Assembly: GCA_025352365.1 (NCBI GenBank)
Contig: JANXTO010000136.1
Coordinates: 2,010 to 66,009, forward strand
DNA length: 64,000 nucleotides
Reading direction: 5' to 3'
Source of the DNA: Undibacterium sp.
GTDB taxonomy: Bacteria > Pseudomonadota > Gammaproteobacteria > Burkholderiales > Burkholderiaceae_D
Shown here: in pieces, positions 39,880-51,318 of the stretch
Layout: the number at the start of each line of letters is the position of its first letter
How positions within the stretch are numbered: the first letter of the stretch is position 1
Notes under the pieces: model-generated
What the model was told of the DNA's origin: nothing
The model's database searches: none
What the model saw: the letters and a program-made list of their open reading frames with translations, nothing else
Position numbers and translations under genes: made by a program

Positions 39880-40165
39880 AAATCACTTGATTGAGCTTGA
39901 CTCAATTATTCAACATTGACGTGTTTTCTTGAGCAAAGAATCCGTCTAAGTCCGAAAAAGCTAAAGCTCTGCGTTGCCCGGCCGTAACACTAATAAGACA
40001 AAGATAAAAATTATTCCAGCAAGATGCAAAGTCAAAAGTAATATGAGGTGGCAAGCTAAAGAAGGCAGTTGTAGTGGGGAGGCTTGAAATCTGCGCAGAT
40101 CAGCACCATGTCCTTAGTAACAGAAATTGAAACCACCAACGATTTCCGACCAGAAAGGATGCAAA

Positions 40166-40423
40166 ATGAATCTCATCTACAACAGCGAGCAATATAGCGT
40201 CTTTGAATACGGCGCCGACACCGACCATGAAGCTTTGCGCTTTGGCGGTTATGAAATCACCGACAAATCGGTGCGTCGCGAATGGTTTATCGGCGGCCCG
40301 CTAGCAGCCAACTTCCGAAAAGATGTTCACGAATTAATCGCTAGCGAACCCAGTGTTGAAGACATTGACGATTTTCTCGGCCAGTTCGATTCTTACATGA
40401 AGCAATCGGTACAACTGCACTAA
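40166..40423 (+). CDS. DUF3567-domain protein
   Basis: MNLIYNSEQYSVFEYG...GYEITDKSVRRE is typical of the Burkholderiales DUF3567 family. The ATG at 40166 is preceded by AAAGGA. Confidence 0.75.
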   Translation: MNLIYNSEQYSVFEYGADTDHEALRFGGYEITDKSVRREWFIGGPLAANFRKDVHELIASEPSVEDIDDFLGQFDSYMKQSVQLH

Positions 40424-40494
40424 GCACTGTGCTTATCAGTAAGTCAACTGTCGTAAAAGATCGCGATCTATTCGAATCACACAAGCTTTACATG

Positions 40495-40521
40495 ACCCTG
40501 AGCACGCTCTGCGCTCAGGGT
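40495..40521 (+). terminator. Intrinsic terminator after the DUF3567 gene
   Basis: A 9-bp stem, ACCCTGAGC (40495-40503) with GCTCAGGGT (40513-40521), is followed by only a modest T-tract (TATTCAATC). Confidence 0.5.
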
Positions 40522-40662
40522 TATTCAATCATCTACCAGTGATGGCTTGCATACACTTAGCTGTATGCAATGAGATCGTAGAAATGCTATTGTCAGGCTT
40601 CATGCATTTTTGTCCTCACAAGTGCCAACAGGCGCTACTAAGCCTCACTAAACGCCTCCATT

Positions 40663-42659
<1,997 letters not shown>

Positions 42660-42778
42660 TGTAAGCTAATCTGACGAAGCGGTTTGAACTTTTGGCATAT
42701 GAGTGTAGCGACTCGACTCAGACCAACATAACCAATACAAGTTGCGGCTCATTTGCTTGAACCGCTTGCCGCCAAATT

Positions 42779-42864
42779 AATATATTCCCCATAAAATTTT
42801 AGCAATTAGGCTTAATGTCCAATCATTATTTGGACGTCTAAAATATACTTACAGCAGTATATTT
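42779..42864 (-). repeat. Copy 8 of the ~85-bp intergenic repeat
   Basis: TATATTCCCC (42781-42790), core ATGTCCAATCATTATTTGGACGT, and ATATACTTACAGCAGTATAT hairpin. Confidence 0.75.
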
Positions 42865-42951
42865 TTAATCACAAATTATCGCGGCAAACAACGTCATATC
42901 AGATCGCATAAATTCAGATGCCCCAATTAAATTCATAGTTAAATTTTAGGC

Positions 42952-43015
42952 AAAAAAAAGCCCGCAGAGTGTGCGGGCTGAAATCCAAACCTTTACGGTG
43001 TTGGAGGAGACAGGT
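42952..43015 (-). ncRNA. Candidate sRNA A (sibling pair); 5' end approximate
   Basis: The minus strand reads (TATAGT -10-like)...CUGUCUCCUCCAACACCGUAAAGGUUUGGAUUUCAGCCCGCACACUCUGCGGGCUUUUUUUU. The parts are a single-stranded CU-rich seed, a hairpin CCAA(C)ACC/GGUUUGG, an AU-rich linker, and a GC-rich terminator hairpin followed by U8. Confidence 0.6.
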
Positions 43016-43209
43016 ATAACTATATCGCAGTGCAGCAAATAAACAAAACATTATTTTTGCATATCAATCATTCACAAAGCGAATATCAAACTACCGAGTA
43101 TTTCCTCTAAATTTTCCCTCAAAATATTACGCAACATCAAAGCGAATTTACTTCCATAGGAAAGCCCGTCATTTTCTATGCGGAATAAACTACCACTGAT
43201 TTCATAGGC

Positions 43210-43278
43210 AAAAAAAAACCCCCTACCTTAAGGTTGCGGGCTGAAATCCAAACCTTTACGGTGTTGGAGGAGACAAAC
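43210..43278 (-). ncRNA. Candidate sRNA B (sibling pair); 5' end approximate
   Basis: It shares a 40-nt block (GCGGGCTGAAATCCAAACCTTTACGGTGTTGGAGGAGACA on the plus strand) that is identical to copy A. It has its own imperfect terminator hairpin (CCCGCAACC/GGTAGGGGG) plus U9, and a conserved upstream block TTATTTGCTGC(A/G)CTGCGATA(T/A)AGT. Confidence 0.55.
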
Positions 43279-43383
43279 TCACTTTATCGCAGCGCAGCAA
43301 ATAAGGCTGCTTTATTTTTCGTATACCAGTTATTTCCAAAACACATAATGTTCATTTGCAGCAACAAGTTAATAAGATAGGAC

Positions 43384-44406
43384 TTACCCACCGCTAGATT
43401 CATTTAAATGACAAGCTGAAAAATGTTGCGAAGCTATCTCTTTAAGAGCGGGTTGTTCAGCTGCGCAACGTGGCATAGCATGCGGACAGCGTGGATGAAA
43501 ATAGCATCCAGAAGGTGGATTCAGCGGAGATGGAATTTCACCCTTGATAGCAAAAAATGTAGTTTTTTTCACCTCTAGCTTAGGTGCTGCGGCCAACAAT
43601 GCTTGCGTATACGGATGGTTGGCATGTCCAAATATCTCCTCTGCAAGTGCCGACTCCACCACTTTGCCCAAATACATAATCACTACCCGATCCGACAAAT
43701 GGCGCACCACGCCAAGATCATGGCTAATAAACAGATAGGTCAGGTTTAATTCCTGCCGTAGTTGCATAAATAAGTTCAGCACTTGCGCCTGAATCGAGAC
43801 GTCCAACGCTGCGACGGCTTCATCACAGACTAAAAATTCGGGCTTTACAGCCAGCGCGCGGGCAATGCCGATCCGCGCACGCTGTCCGCCAGAAAACTGA
43901 TGTGGAAAACGCCGTAAAACAGCAGGATCTAAACCGACCCGCTGCAACAAATTTTCGACATAAGACTTTTGTTCAGAGGCTGAGATAATCTGATGCACAA
44001 CGGGCGCTTCGCCAATAATGTCTTGTACTCGCATACGCGGATTAAGAGACGCATACGGATCTTGAAAAATCATTTGTATGCCAAGCTGTACCTTGCGCTG
44101 GGCAGTGCTTTCCATTTGCCTCACTTCTTGCCCGCGCCACCAACGCGAGCCATCAGACAACGAATGCAAACCGACCGCCATGCGTCCTAGAGTCGATTTG
44201 CCACAACCAGATTCACCAACCAGACCAACCACCTCACCGGCTTGCACCACCAGATTCACCTGATCAACCGCGTGCACGGTCTGTTGCTGCATATCGGCAC
44301 CAAACACATTGGCGATCTTGGCGGCGGTATCCAATGGTTTGACGAAACGTTTGCTGACATTGCGCAGCTCTAATATCGGTGTAGCGTCAGAGTGAATAAT
44401 GCTCAT
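43384..44406 (-). CDS. Peptide/nickel (Dpp/Opp-type) ABC transporter ATP-binding protein (F-type subunit)
   Basis: Walker A GESGCGKST, signature FSGGQRARI, Walker B LVCDEAV, and a C-terminal oligopeptide-transporter Cys-rich tail. The ATG at 44406 overlaps the upstream stop (ATGA). Confidence 0.9.
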   Translation of the reverse strand: MSIIHSDATPILELRNVSKRFVKPLDTAAKIANVFGADMQQQTVHAVDQVNLVVQAGEVVGLVGESGCGKSTLGRMAVGLHSLSDGSRWWRGQEVRQMESTAQRKVQLGIQMIFQDPYASLNPRMRVQDIIGEAPVVHQIISASEQKSYVENLLQRVGLDPAVLRRFPHQFSGGQRARIGIARALAVKPEFLVCDEAVAALDVSIQAQVLNLFMQLRQELNLTYLFISHDLGVVRHLSDRVVIMYLGKVVESALAEEIFGHANHPYTQALLAAAPKLEVKKTTFFAIKGEIPSPLNPPSGCYFHPRCPHAMPRCAAEQPALKEIASQHFSACHLNESSGG

Positions 44407-45416
44407 GCGACTAACTCGCTCTCTAAGGGTACTGGATGAAAACAACGCACAGAGCGGCCATCGATCTCTGTTAAAGCTGGCACATTGGCGCAATCGCTCT
44501 GCGCCTGACTACAACGCTCACGAAAAACACAGCCGACGGGTAAGCTTAATAAGGAAGGTGTCATGCCGGGAATCTGATGTAAAGCCTGACCACGCGGGTT
44601 GCGTGACGGCGCCGAGGCGATCAAGCCATAGGTGTAGGGGTGACGTGGCTGATTCAGCACTTGCTCCACCGTACCACTCTCAACAATCCGGCCAGCATAC
44701 ATCACGCTCACGGTATCGGCCAATCCGGCAATCACCGATAAATCATGCGTGATCCAGATTAAGGAGGTACCGGATTCGCGGCAAAGTTTTTGCATCTCAA
44801 ACAGAATTTGTCCTTGTATCGTCACGTCCAAGGCCGTTGTCGGCTCGTCGCAAATAATCAGATCAGGTTTATTCAGCAGAGCAATCGCAATCGCCACGCG
44901 TTGACGCATGCCGCCAGAAAATTGATGCGGATACGACATCAACCGCTCGTCCGGTGAAGGAATGCCTACCCGCACCAAAGCATCACGTGCCATTTCCATC
45001 GCAGCAGATTTACTTACTTTGTGATGGGCAAAAATGCCCTCGGTCATTTGCGTGTCTATCCGCAATACCGGATTTAAAGTCATCATCGGATCTTGAAAAA
45101 TCATCGCAATGCGGTCACCTCTTACCTGACGCATTTGCTCTGCAGACATCGCCCGCAAGTCCTGACCTTTGAGTAAAATTTGACCACCCACGACTTTACC
45201 CGGCGCATCAATCAAACCCATGATGGAATAACCGGTCATCGATTTGCCCGATCCAGACTCACCCACTAATCCCATAATTTGACCAGGCATCACCGAGAAC
45301 GAGACATCATTCACTGCGGTTGCTATTCCTGCGCGGGTATGGAACTCGGTCGTCAATCCTTCGACACTCAGCATTGCTTGGCTTGTTTGCCTTGCTTTTT
45401 TTTCTTCTAGCATCAT
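44403..45416 (-). CDS. Peptide/nickel ABC transporter ATP-binding protein (D-type subunit)
   Basis: Walker A GESGSGKS, signature FSGGMRQRV, and Walker B IICDEPTTALD. Confidence 0.9.
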   Translation of the reverse strand: MMLEEKKARQTSQAMLSVEGLTTEFHTRAGIATAVNDVSFSVMPGQIMGLVGESGSGKSMTGYSIMGLIDAPGKVVGGQILLKGQDLRAMSAEQMRQVRGDRIAMIFQDPMMTLNPVLRIDTQMTEGIFAHHKVSKSAAMEMARDALVRVGIPSPDERLMSYPHQFSGGMRQRVAIAIALLNKPDLIICDEPTTALDVTIQGQILFEMQKLCRESGTSLIWITHDLSVIAGLADTVSVMYAGRIVESGTVEQVLNQPRHPYTYGLIASAPSRNPRGQALHQIPGMTPSLLSLPVGCVFRERCSQAQSDCANVPALTEIDGRSVRCFHPVPLESELVA

Positions 45417-45422
45417 GTCCCC

Positions 45423-46340
45423 TTATTGTGTTTGCAAACGCGGATTAAGCACATCGCGCAACTGATCAGCCACCAGATTAATGGACACGACCGTCACCAA
45501 TAAAGCGATACCAGGGAAGAAACTGATCCAGTATTTACCCGACAACAGATATTGGAAACCATTTGCAATCAGCAGTCCCAGCGAGGGTTCAGTGACTGGC
45601 AAACCCAAACCTAAAAAGGATAACGTCGCCTCTAGTGAAATCGCCGAAGCTACCTGTAAGGCGGCGATCACAATCAACGGCGGTAAGCAATTAGGTAACA
45701 GATGCCGCAAAATAATTCGGGCGGGTGACAAACCCAAGCCTATTGCAGCTTCCACATATTCCTTTTTGCGCTCCACCAAGGCTGCGCTCCTTGCGGTGCG
45801 GGCGTAGTAAGCCCATTGCACTGCGACCAGCGCGATGATGATTTTGCCCACGCCCTGCCCGCTCAGCGCCAGCAAAATCAAGGCAATCAAAATCGGTGGA
45901 AACGACAACTGAATATCTGCAATCCGCATAATTAATGACTCGATCTTGCCACCGGCATAGCCAGCGAATAGCCCCAACGTTAAGCCAATCACCAAAGCAA
46001 TCACGGTACTGCTAACACCAACCATCACTGAAATACGTAAGCCATAAATAATCGCAGAGAGCATGTCACGTCCCTGCTCATCAGTGCCCATCAGAAAACG
46101 TAATTTGCCATCGGCCGACATCTGACCAGGCTCCAGACGCGAGTCCATCACATCTAAATTACCCAGATCGTAGGGATTTTGTGGTGATATCCAAGGGGCG
46201 AAAAGTGCCGCCAACAAAATCAATACCAGCAACACTAAACCAGCCGTAGCGATTTTGCTTTCAAAAAATTGGCGGGTAAATCGCCGGAACGGCGTATCCG
46301 CTTTAAACGGGGCTGCTGTTTTTTGCACTGTCGTCGTCAT
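45423..46340 (-). CDS. Peptide ABC transporter permease (DppC/OppC-like)
   Basis: BPD_transp_1 EAA-like loop (EYVEAAIGLGLSPARIILRHLLPN) in a six-TM protein. Confidence 0.88.
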   Translation of the reverse strand: MTTTVQKTAAPFKADTPFRRFTRQFFESKIATAGLVLLVLILLAALFAPWISPQNPYDLGNLDVMDSRLEPGQMSADGKLRFLMGTDEQGRDMLSAIIYGLRISVMVGVSSTVIALVIGLTLGLFAGYAGGKIESLIMRIADIQLSFPPILIALILLALSGQGVGKIIIALVAVQWAYYARTARSAALVERKKEYVEAAIGLGLSPARIILRHLLPNCLPPLIVIAALQVASAISLEATLSFLGLGLPVTEPSLGLLIANGFQYLLSGKYWISFFPGIALLVTVVSINLVADQLRDVLNPRLQTQ

Positions 46341-47314
46341 GATTTGCTCTCAGAAAGTCGGACTCGTGGGTCGAGCAAAGAATACAAAACATCTACCACC
46401 AGATTAATCAAAATAAACATCGTCACAATCAGCAGCAAATACGCCACGATGACAGGCCGGTCCAGTACACGGATAGAATCAATAATCAGCTTCCCCATAC
46501 CCGGCCAGGCGAACACCGATTCCGTCACAATCGCGAACGCAATAATCGAACCAAATTGCAAAGCAATCACGGTAATGATCGGTATTAAAATATTTTTGAG
46601 CACATGCACGCCAATGATGCGGCTATTTCGCAAACCCTTGGCACGTGCAAATTTGACATAGTCTTGCAACAGCGCTTCTTGCGCACCGGCACGCGTCAGG
46701 CGTATGACCAATGCGACGTTAAACAAGGCCAGATTAAATGCGGGCATCAGGATATGTCGCAGGCCATCCCAACTTAAAAAACTTACGGGAATACCGAAGA
46801 GCAAACTGGTTTCGCCACGTCCGCTGGAGGGCAACCAGCCTAACTGCACTGCAAACACCATAATCAGCATCAACCCTACCCAAAATGTAGGCAATGAAAA
46901 ACCGAGAATGGAAACCGCCATAATCGTTTTTCCCGCTACGCCGTTGGGACGCAACCCCGCCCACAAACCAAGCGGTATGCCTATCACTACCGACAAAAAG
47001 ATAGCGCAGACTGCGAGCTCCATTGTTGCTGGCATGCGTTCAAAAATCAGCGCAAGGGCCGGCGTAGAAAACGCAAATGAGCGTCCCATATCACCGCTGA
47101 GTGCATTTTTTAAAAATATAAAATATTGCTCGACCATCGGTTTATCTAAACCAAATGCGGCAATGGTGCGAGCACGCTCTAGCTGATCGGCGTCTGGACT
47201 AATCAATACATCAATAGGGTTACCGATTGCGTACACGCCGGCAAACACCAGCAGCGACATCACCAGTAAAACAATGATGCTTTGCATCAGACGGCGAATA
47301 ATAAAAACCAACAT
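46337..47314 (-). CDS. Peptide ABC transporter permease (DppB/OppB-like)
   Basis: The N-terminus MLVFIIRRLMQSIIVLL is typical of DppB, with a YVKFARAKGL EAA loop. Its stop region overlaps the start of the downstream permease gene. Confidence 0.88.
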   Translation of the reverse strand: MLVFIIRRLMQSIIVLLVMSLLVFAGVYAIGNPIDVLISPDADQLERARTIAAFGLDKPMVEQYFIFLKNALSGDMGRSFAFSTPALALIFERMPATMELAVCAIFLSVVIGIPLGLWAGLRPNGVAGKTIMAVSILGFSLPTFWVGLMLIMVFAVQLGWLPSSGRGETSLLFGIPVSFLSWDGLRHILMPAFNLALFNVALVIRLTRAGAQEALLQDYVKFARAKGLRNSRIIGVHVLKNILIPIITVIALQFGSIIAFAIVTESVFAWPGMGKLIIDSIRVLDRPVIVAYLLLIVTMFILINLVVDVLYSLLDPRVRLSESKS

Positions 47315-47437
47315 GCTGCTTCCTATTCCACTGTCAAAACTTACTCAAAATTACGTCAAGCGTCATCGATCATTCTCATGCACGAATATGAAAATGAACG
47401 ATGACGTAGTAAGACACATACGACTATTCAGGTCTGA

Positions 47438-49057
47438 TTACTTAGCACTAAAATCGTACGCATGAGTGCGTTCGTCGGTACGTGGAATATAGGTAATATT
47501 CTTCTTCATGGCCCAGGTCGTCACCTGCTGATGAATCGGAATGATCTCGGCATCATTGATCACCAGCGCAGTCGCATCTTGCAATAACTTCAGGCGGACT
47601 TTATCGTCTACTGTGTTCATTGCCTTACCTAAGATTTCATTCACTTTAGGATTGCAATATTTGAGGTAGTTGTTACCGCCAAACCCTTTTTCAGGCTCAT
47701 CACAGGCGGCAATCGCGCGTAAAGGGGAAGAGACTTCGCCAGTCTGTGCGCCCCAGCCGAGCAGGCCCATAGAGTATTCACGCTTAATCCCGCGCGAGGC
47801 GTAGATCGACATTGGCATACCTTCTACCTTGGCTGCGATACCGATTTTTGACAGCATTTGGGCAATTGTTTGGGTAATTTTCTCATCATTGACATAACGA
47901 TTATTCGGGGTCTGGATGGTGACACCAAAGCCGTTGGGATAACCAGCCTCGGTCAATAATTTTTTAGCCATGTCTGGATCGTATTTCATGACTTTGAGTT
48001 CGGGATTATGCCCAAATAAAGTGATAGGAACCAAGTTGGCAGTCGGCTGTGACAGTCCTTCCATAACACGATCTTTAATCGCGTCACGATTGATCGCCAT
48101 CGAAATCGCTTTACGGACACGGATATCTTTCAATGGATTTTTATCCATAGGCTTGCCATCTTTGTCCGTGATAAACGGTGATTTATCGCGAGTACCATCC
48201 AGATATAAATAGATCAGGCGGTGCGATACTTTTGACATCATGGTCAGATTGGTGTCGCTACGGATACGGGCAACATCGGGGGTCGGTACGTTCTCTAAGG
48301 CTTGCACATCACCCGCTAACAAAGCCGCAATGCGGGTCGCGCCGTTAGGAATAAAACGCAACGTCATTTTGCTCCATTTACCGGCTTTTTTACCCCAATA
48401 ACCATCGAAGCGATCCATCTCAATTCTGTCATCGCGCAGAAATTTGACAAACTTGTACGAGCCGGTACCGACCATCCCTTTGCCGCTAGAAAAATCATCG
48501 CTGGTCAAACCTTGCGTGGCTTTTTTAGAAACGATGTAAATCGCTGACAAATCCGGCAACATTAACGGGTAAGGCTCTTTGGTGGTCAGGCGAATGGTGT
48601 AGGCATCGACGATCTTTTTATTGATGATTGCTTTGGTGTAGACATCAAATTTGCCCGGGCTACCTACGATGGTTGCCGGACGATCTAATGACCACATCAC
48701 GTCGTCGGCAGTCATTTCGGAACCGTCATGAAACTTGACGCCTTTGCGCAGTTTTAATTCCCAGGTCAGGTTATTCACCAGCGTCCATGATTCTGCCAGG
48801 CCAGGAATGATGCGACTATCGGCATCCATGGTGACCAGAGTCTCAAACATATGGTCTGAGACATTCAGGTTAGGAAACACATTATAAAAATGGGGATCGA
48901 GCGAAGTCGGTGGCGAACTCATCGCCAATTTAAATTCTTGCGCAAAACTCTGTGGCGAGACAGCCATTAATGCAGAGAAGGCAGAGATACTGGCAGCCAG
49001 CAACACTGTGCGTGGTTTTATTTTTATTTTGCTTTTGATTGTGTGCAGCATCGACAT
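47438..49057 (-). CDS. Family-5 ABC substrate-binding protein (peptide/nickel binding)
   Basis: A 539-aa protein with a signal peptide and SBP_bac_5-like blocks (LVTMDADSRIIPGLAESW...KFHDGSEMTADDV). It is the first gene of the five-gene operon. Confidence 0.88.
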   Translation of the reverse strand: MSMLHTIKSKIKIKPRTVLLAASISAFSALMAVSPQSFAQEFKLAMSSPPTSLDPHFYNVFPNLNVSDHMFETLVTMDADSRIIPGLAESWTLVNNLTWELKLRKGVKFHDGSEMTADDVMWSLDRPATIVGSPGKFDVYTKAIINKKIVDAYTIRLTTKEPYPLMLPDLSAIYIVSKKATQGLTSDDFSSGKGMVGTGSYKFVKFLRDDRIEMDRFDGYWGKKAGKWSKMTLRFIPNGATRIAALLAGDVQALENVPTPDVARIRSDTNLTMMSKVSHRLIYLYLDGTRDKSPFITDKDGKPMDKNPLKDIRVRKAISMAINRDAIKDRVMEGLSQPTANLVPITLFGHNPELKVMKYDPDMAKKLLTEAGYPNGFGVTIQTPNNRYVNDEKITQTIAQMLSKIGIAAKVEGMPMSIYASRGIKREYSMGLLGWGAQTGEVSSPLRAIAACDEPEKGFGGNNYLKYCNPKVNEILGKAMNTVDDKVRLKLLQDATALVINDAEIIPIHQQVTTWAMKKNITYIPRTDERTHAYDFSAK

Positions 49058-49385
49058 CGACGACTCCTTAAAAATAGTACGGAACGGTGCTCACAATCAG
49101 ATTCTTAGGATAGAAAACGAACTAGATTCCGATTGCAGCAAAATGATTTACACTTGAATTTATTAATACAGTTTCTTGACACTATTTTTTGACACTGTTT
49201 TTACAACAAGCACTATGGCAAAAACATTTGGCGATTGCACATCTAATGTAGAGATGATGGCTTGGATTAATTGATTGTTTGCTCGATCTTTTTGCCCGAT
49301 TACTTGCCAATCTGCATTGTGCAACAACATACACTGCGCACTGTTTTGGCGCAACAAATTAGCAAGTATCCTGAGTGAATTCTTA

Positions 49386-49443
49386 GGTTCGCTATTGGTT
49401 CGCTATTTTGTTCGCCATTGCTACCGCTATTGCCCACTATTTG
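49386..49443. repeat. Five phased imperfect direct repeats with core C(G/C)CTATT, 10-13 bp apart
   Basis: The units are ggttcgctatt / ggttcgctatttt / gttcgccatt / gctaccgctatt / gcccactattt. They lie immediately upstream of the RBS of the M20 gene. Confidence 0.6.
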
Positions 49444-49456
49444 TACGGAGAACATC

Positions 49457-50656
49457 ATGCAATTAATTGACCCTATCCTCCAGTTCCATACAGAACTACA
49501 ACAAATCCGACGCGATATTCACGCCCATCCTGAGTTGAGTTTCGAAGAGCATCGCACCTCAGATGTTGTGGCCCGCAAGTTACAAGAATGGGGCATCCCT
49601 GTCATTCGCGGCCTTGGCACCACCGGCGTAGTTGGCATCATCAAAAACGGTCACAGCCAGCGCGCCATCGGATTGCGTGCTGACATTGATGCTTTACCGA
49701 TGCAAGAATTCAATACCTTTGCGCATGCCTCAAAAAATGAAGGCAAAATGCATGCCTGCGGCCATGACGGTCACACAGCGATGCTGTTAGGTGCGGCACA
49801 TTATTTATCTCAGCACAAAGAATTTGACGGCACTGTGTATGTGATCTTTCAACCGGCAGAAGAAGGTGGCGGTGGCGCCAAGCGCATGATGGATGACGGC
49901 TTGTTTGAACAGTGTCCGATGGAAGCGGTATTTGGCATGCATAACTGGCCGGGTGCGGCAGTGGGTAGTTTTGGCGTGACCTCCGGGCCGATGATGGCGT
50001 CGTCCAATGAATTTGACGTCGTCGTCAAAGGTAAAGGTGCCCATGCGGCGCAACCTCACAAGGGTATCGATCCCATCATGGTCGCGGTGCAAATTGCGCA
50101 AAGCTGGCAAACTATTATCACCCGCAACAAAAGCCCGCTGGACACCGCGGTGCTATCCATTACCCAAATCCACGCCGGTAGTGCAACCAATGTCATCCCC
50201 GATGAAGCCAGCTTAATCGGTACGGTGCGCGGCTTCACCACATCGGTGGTGGATCTGCTGGAAAACCGGATGCGTGCTATTGCAGAACATACTGCCGCTG
50301 CCTTTGATGCCTCCGTTGAATTTAGCTTTAAACGTAACTATCCGCCACTGATCAATCACGCCAGAGAGACCGCCTTTGCTGTCGATGTAATGCGCTCTAT
50401 CGTCGGAGATGAGCGCGTTGATGCGCAGGTAGAACCCACTATGGGCGCAGAAGATTTCGCCTTTATGTTGCAGGCCAAACCGGGTTGTTATGTCTTCTTA
50501 GGCAATGGCGATGGCGAGCACCGCGATATGGGTCATGGTCTGGGACCATGCAACCTGCATAACCCCAGTTATGACTTTAACGATGATTTGCTGCCGATAG
50601 GTGCAACTTATTGGGTACGACTGGCAGAAGCCTACTTGAAAAATACAAGCCCATAG
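49457..50656 (+). CDS. M20-family amidohydrolase (hippurate hydrolase / N-acyl-amino-acid amidohydrolase-like)
   Basis: Blocks RRDIHAHPELSFEE, ALRADIDALP, HACGHDGH and FQPAEEGGGGA. The ATG at 49457 lies 8 nt after GGAG. Confidence 0.88.
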   Translation: MQLIDPILQFHTELQQIRRDIHAHPELSFEEHRTSDVVARKLQEWGIPVIRGLGTTGVVGIIKNGHSQRAIGLRADIDALPMQEFNTFAHASKNEGKMHACGHDGHTAMLLGAAHYLSQHKEFDGTVYVIFQPAEEGGGGAKRMMDDGLFEQCPMEAVFGMHNWPGAAVGSFGVTSGPMMASSNEFDVVVKGKGAHAAQPHKGIDPIMVAVQIAQSWQTIITRNKSPLDTAVLSITQIHAGSATNVIPDEASLIGTVRGFTTSVVDLLENRMRAIAEHTAAAFDASVEFSFKRNYPPLINHARETAFAVDVMRSIVGDERVDAQVEPTMGAEDFAFMLQAKPGCYVFLGNGDGEHRDMGHGLGPCNLHNPSYDFNDDLLPIGATYWVRLAEAYLKNTSP

Positions 50657-50730
50657 CCATCTAAAGCAAGCTATACATCAGCTACACAAAATTTCCACCC
50701 ACTACACCAATCCAACCAAACGACAATATT

Positions 50731-51309
50731 ATGGCCGACGAAAATAACAACGACAACGCACCACGTAGCCCTTTTCTGGAAGAAAAAGCCTTCAAATCAC
50801 GCACCGTGCTGGTATTTGGCACCATCAACGACAAGTTGGCTGCTGATGTCAGCAAGCGTCTGATCGCTCTGGCGGCTGAATCCAAAGATCCGATCACGAT
50901 ATTGGTATCGTCGCCCGGCGGCCATGTGGAATCAGGCGACGTCATTCATGACATCGTCAAGTTTATCGATGCACCGGTAAATATGGTCGGCACGGGCTGG
51001 GTCGGCAGCGCCGCAGTGAATGTATTTTTGGCGGTACCAAAAGAGCGTCGCTTCTGCTTGACCAATACCCGCTTCCTGATTCATCAACCCAGCGGCGGCG
51101 CAGGCGGGCAAGCCAGCGACATCGCCATCCAGGCGCGTGAAATCGTCAAAGTCCGTGAACGCATTGCAGCATTGATCGCAAAAGAGTCAGGACAATCACT
51201 GGAAAGAGTCACAACCGACATCGACCGCGACTATTGGATGAATGCATCCGAGGCCAGCGAATACGGTCTGGTATCACGCATTATCGTCAAGCAAACTGAG
51301 TTAAGTTAA
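50731..51309 (+). CDS. ClpP-family serine protease paralog (no adjacent Clp ATPase)
   Basis: ClpP-like blocks are present: SPGGHVESGDVIHD, GSAA (Ser), LIHQPSGG (His), and DRDYWM..EA.EYGLV (Asp). The N-terminal region is shorter than in canonical ClpP. Confidence 0.75.
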   Translation: MADENNNDNAPRSPFLEEKAFKSRTVLVFGTINDKLAADVSKRLIALAAESKDPITILVSSPGGHVESGDVIHDIVKFIDAPVNMVGTGWVGSAAVNVFLAVPKERRFCLTNTRFLIHQPSGGAGGQASDIAIQAREIVKVRERIAALIAKESGQSLERVTTDIDRDYWMNASEASEYGLVSRIIVKQTELS

Positions 51310-51318
51310 TTACTGAAA

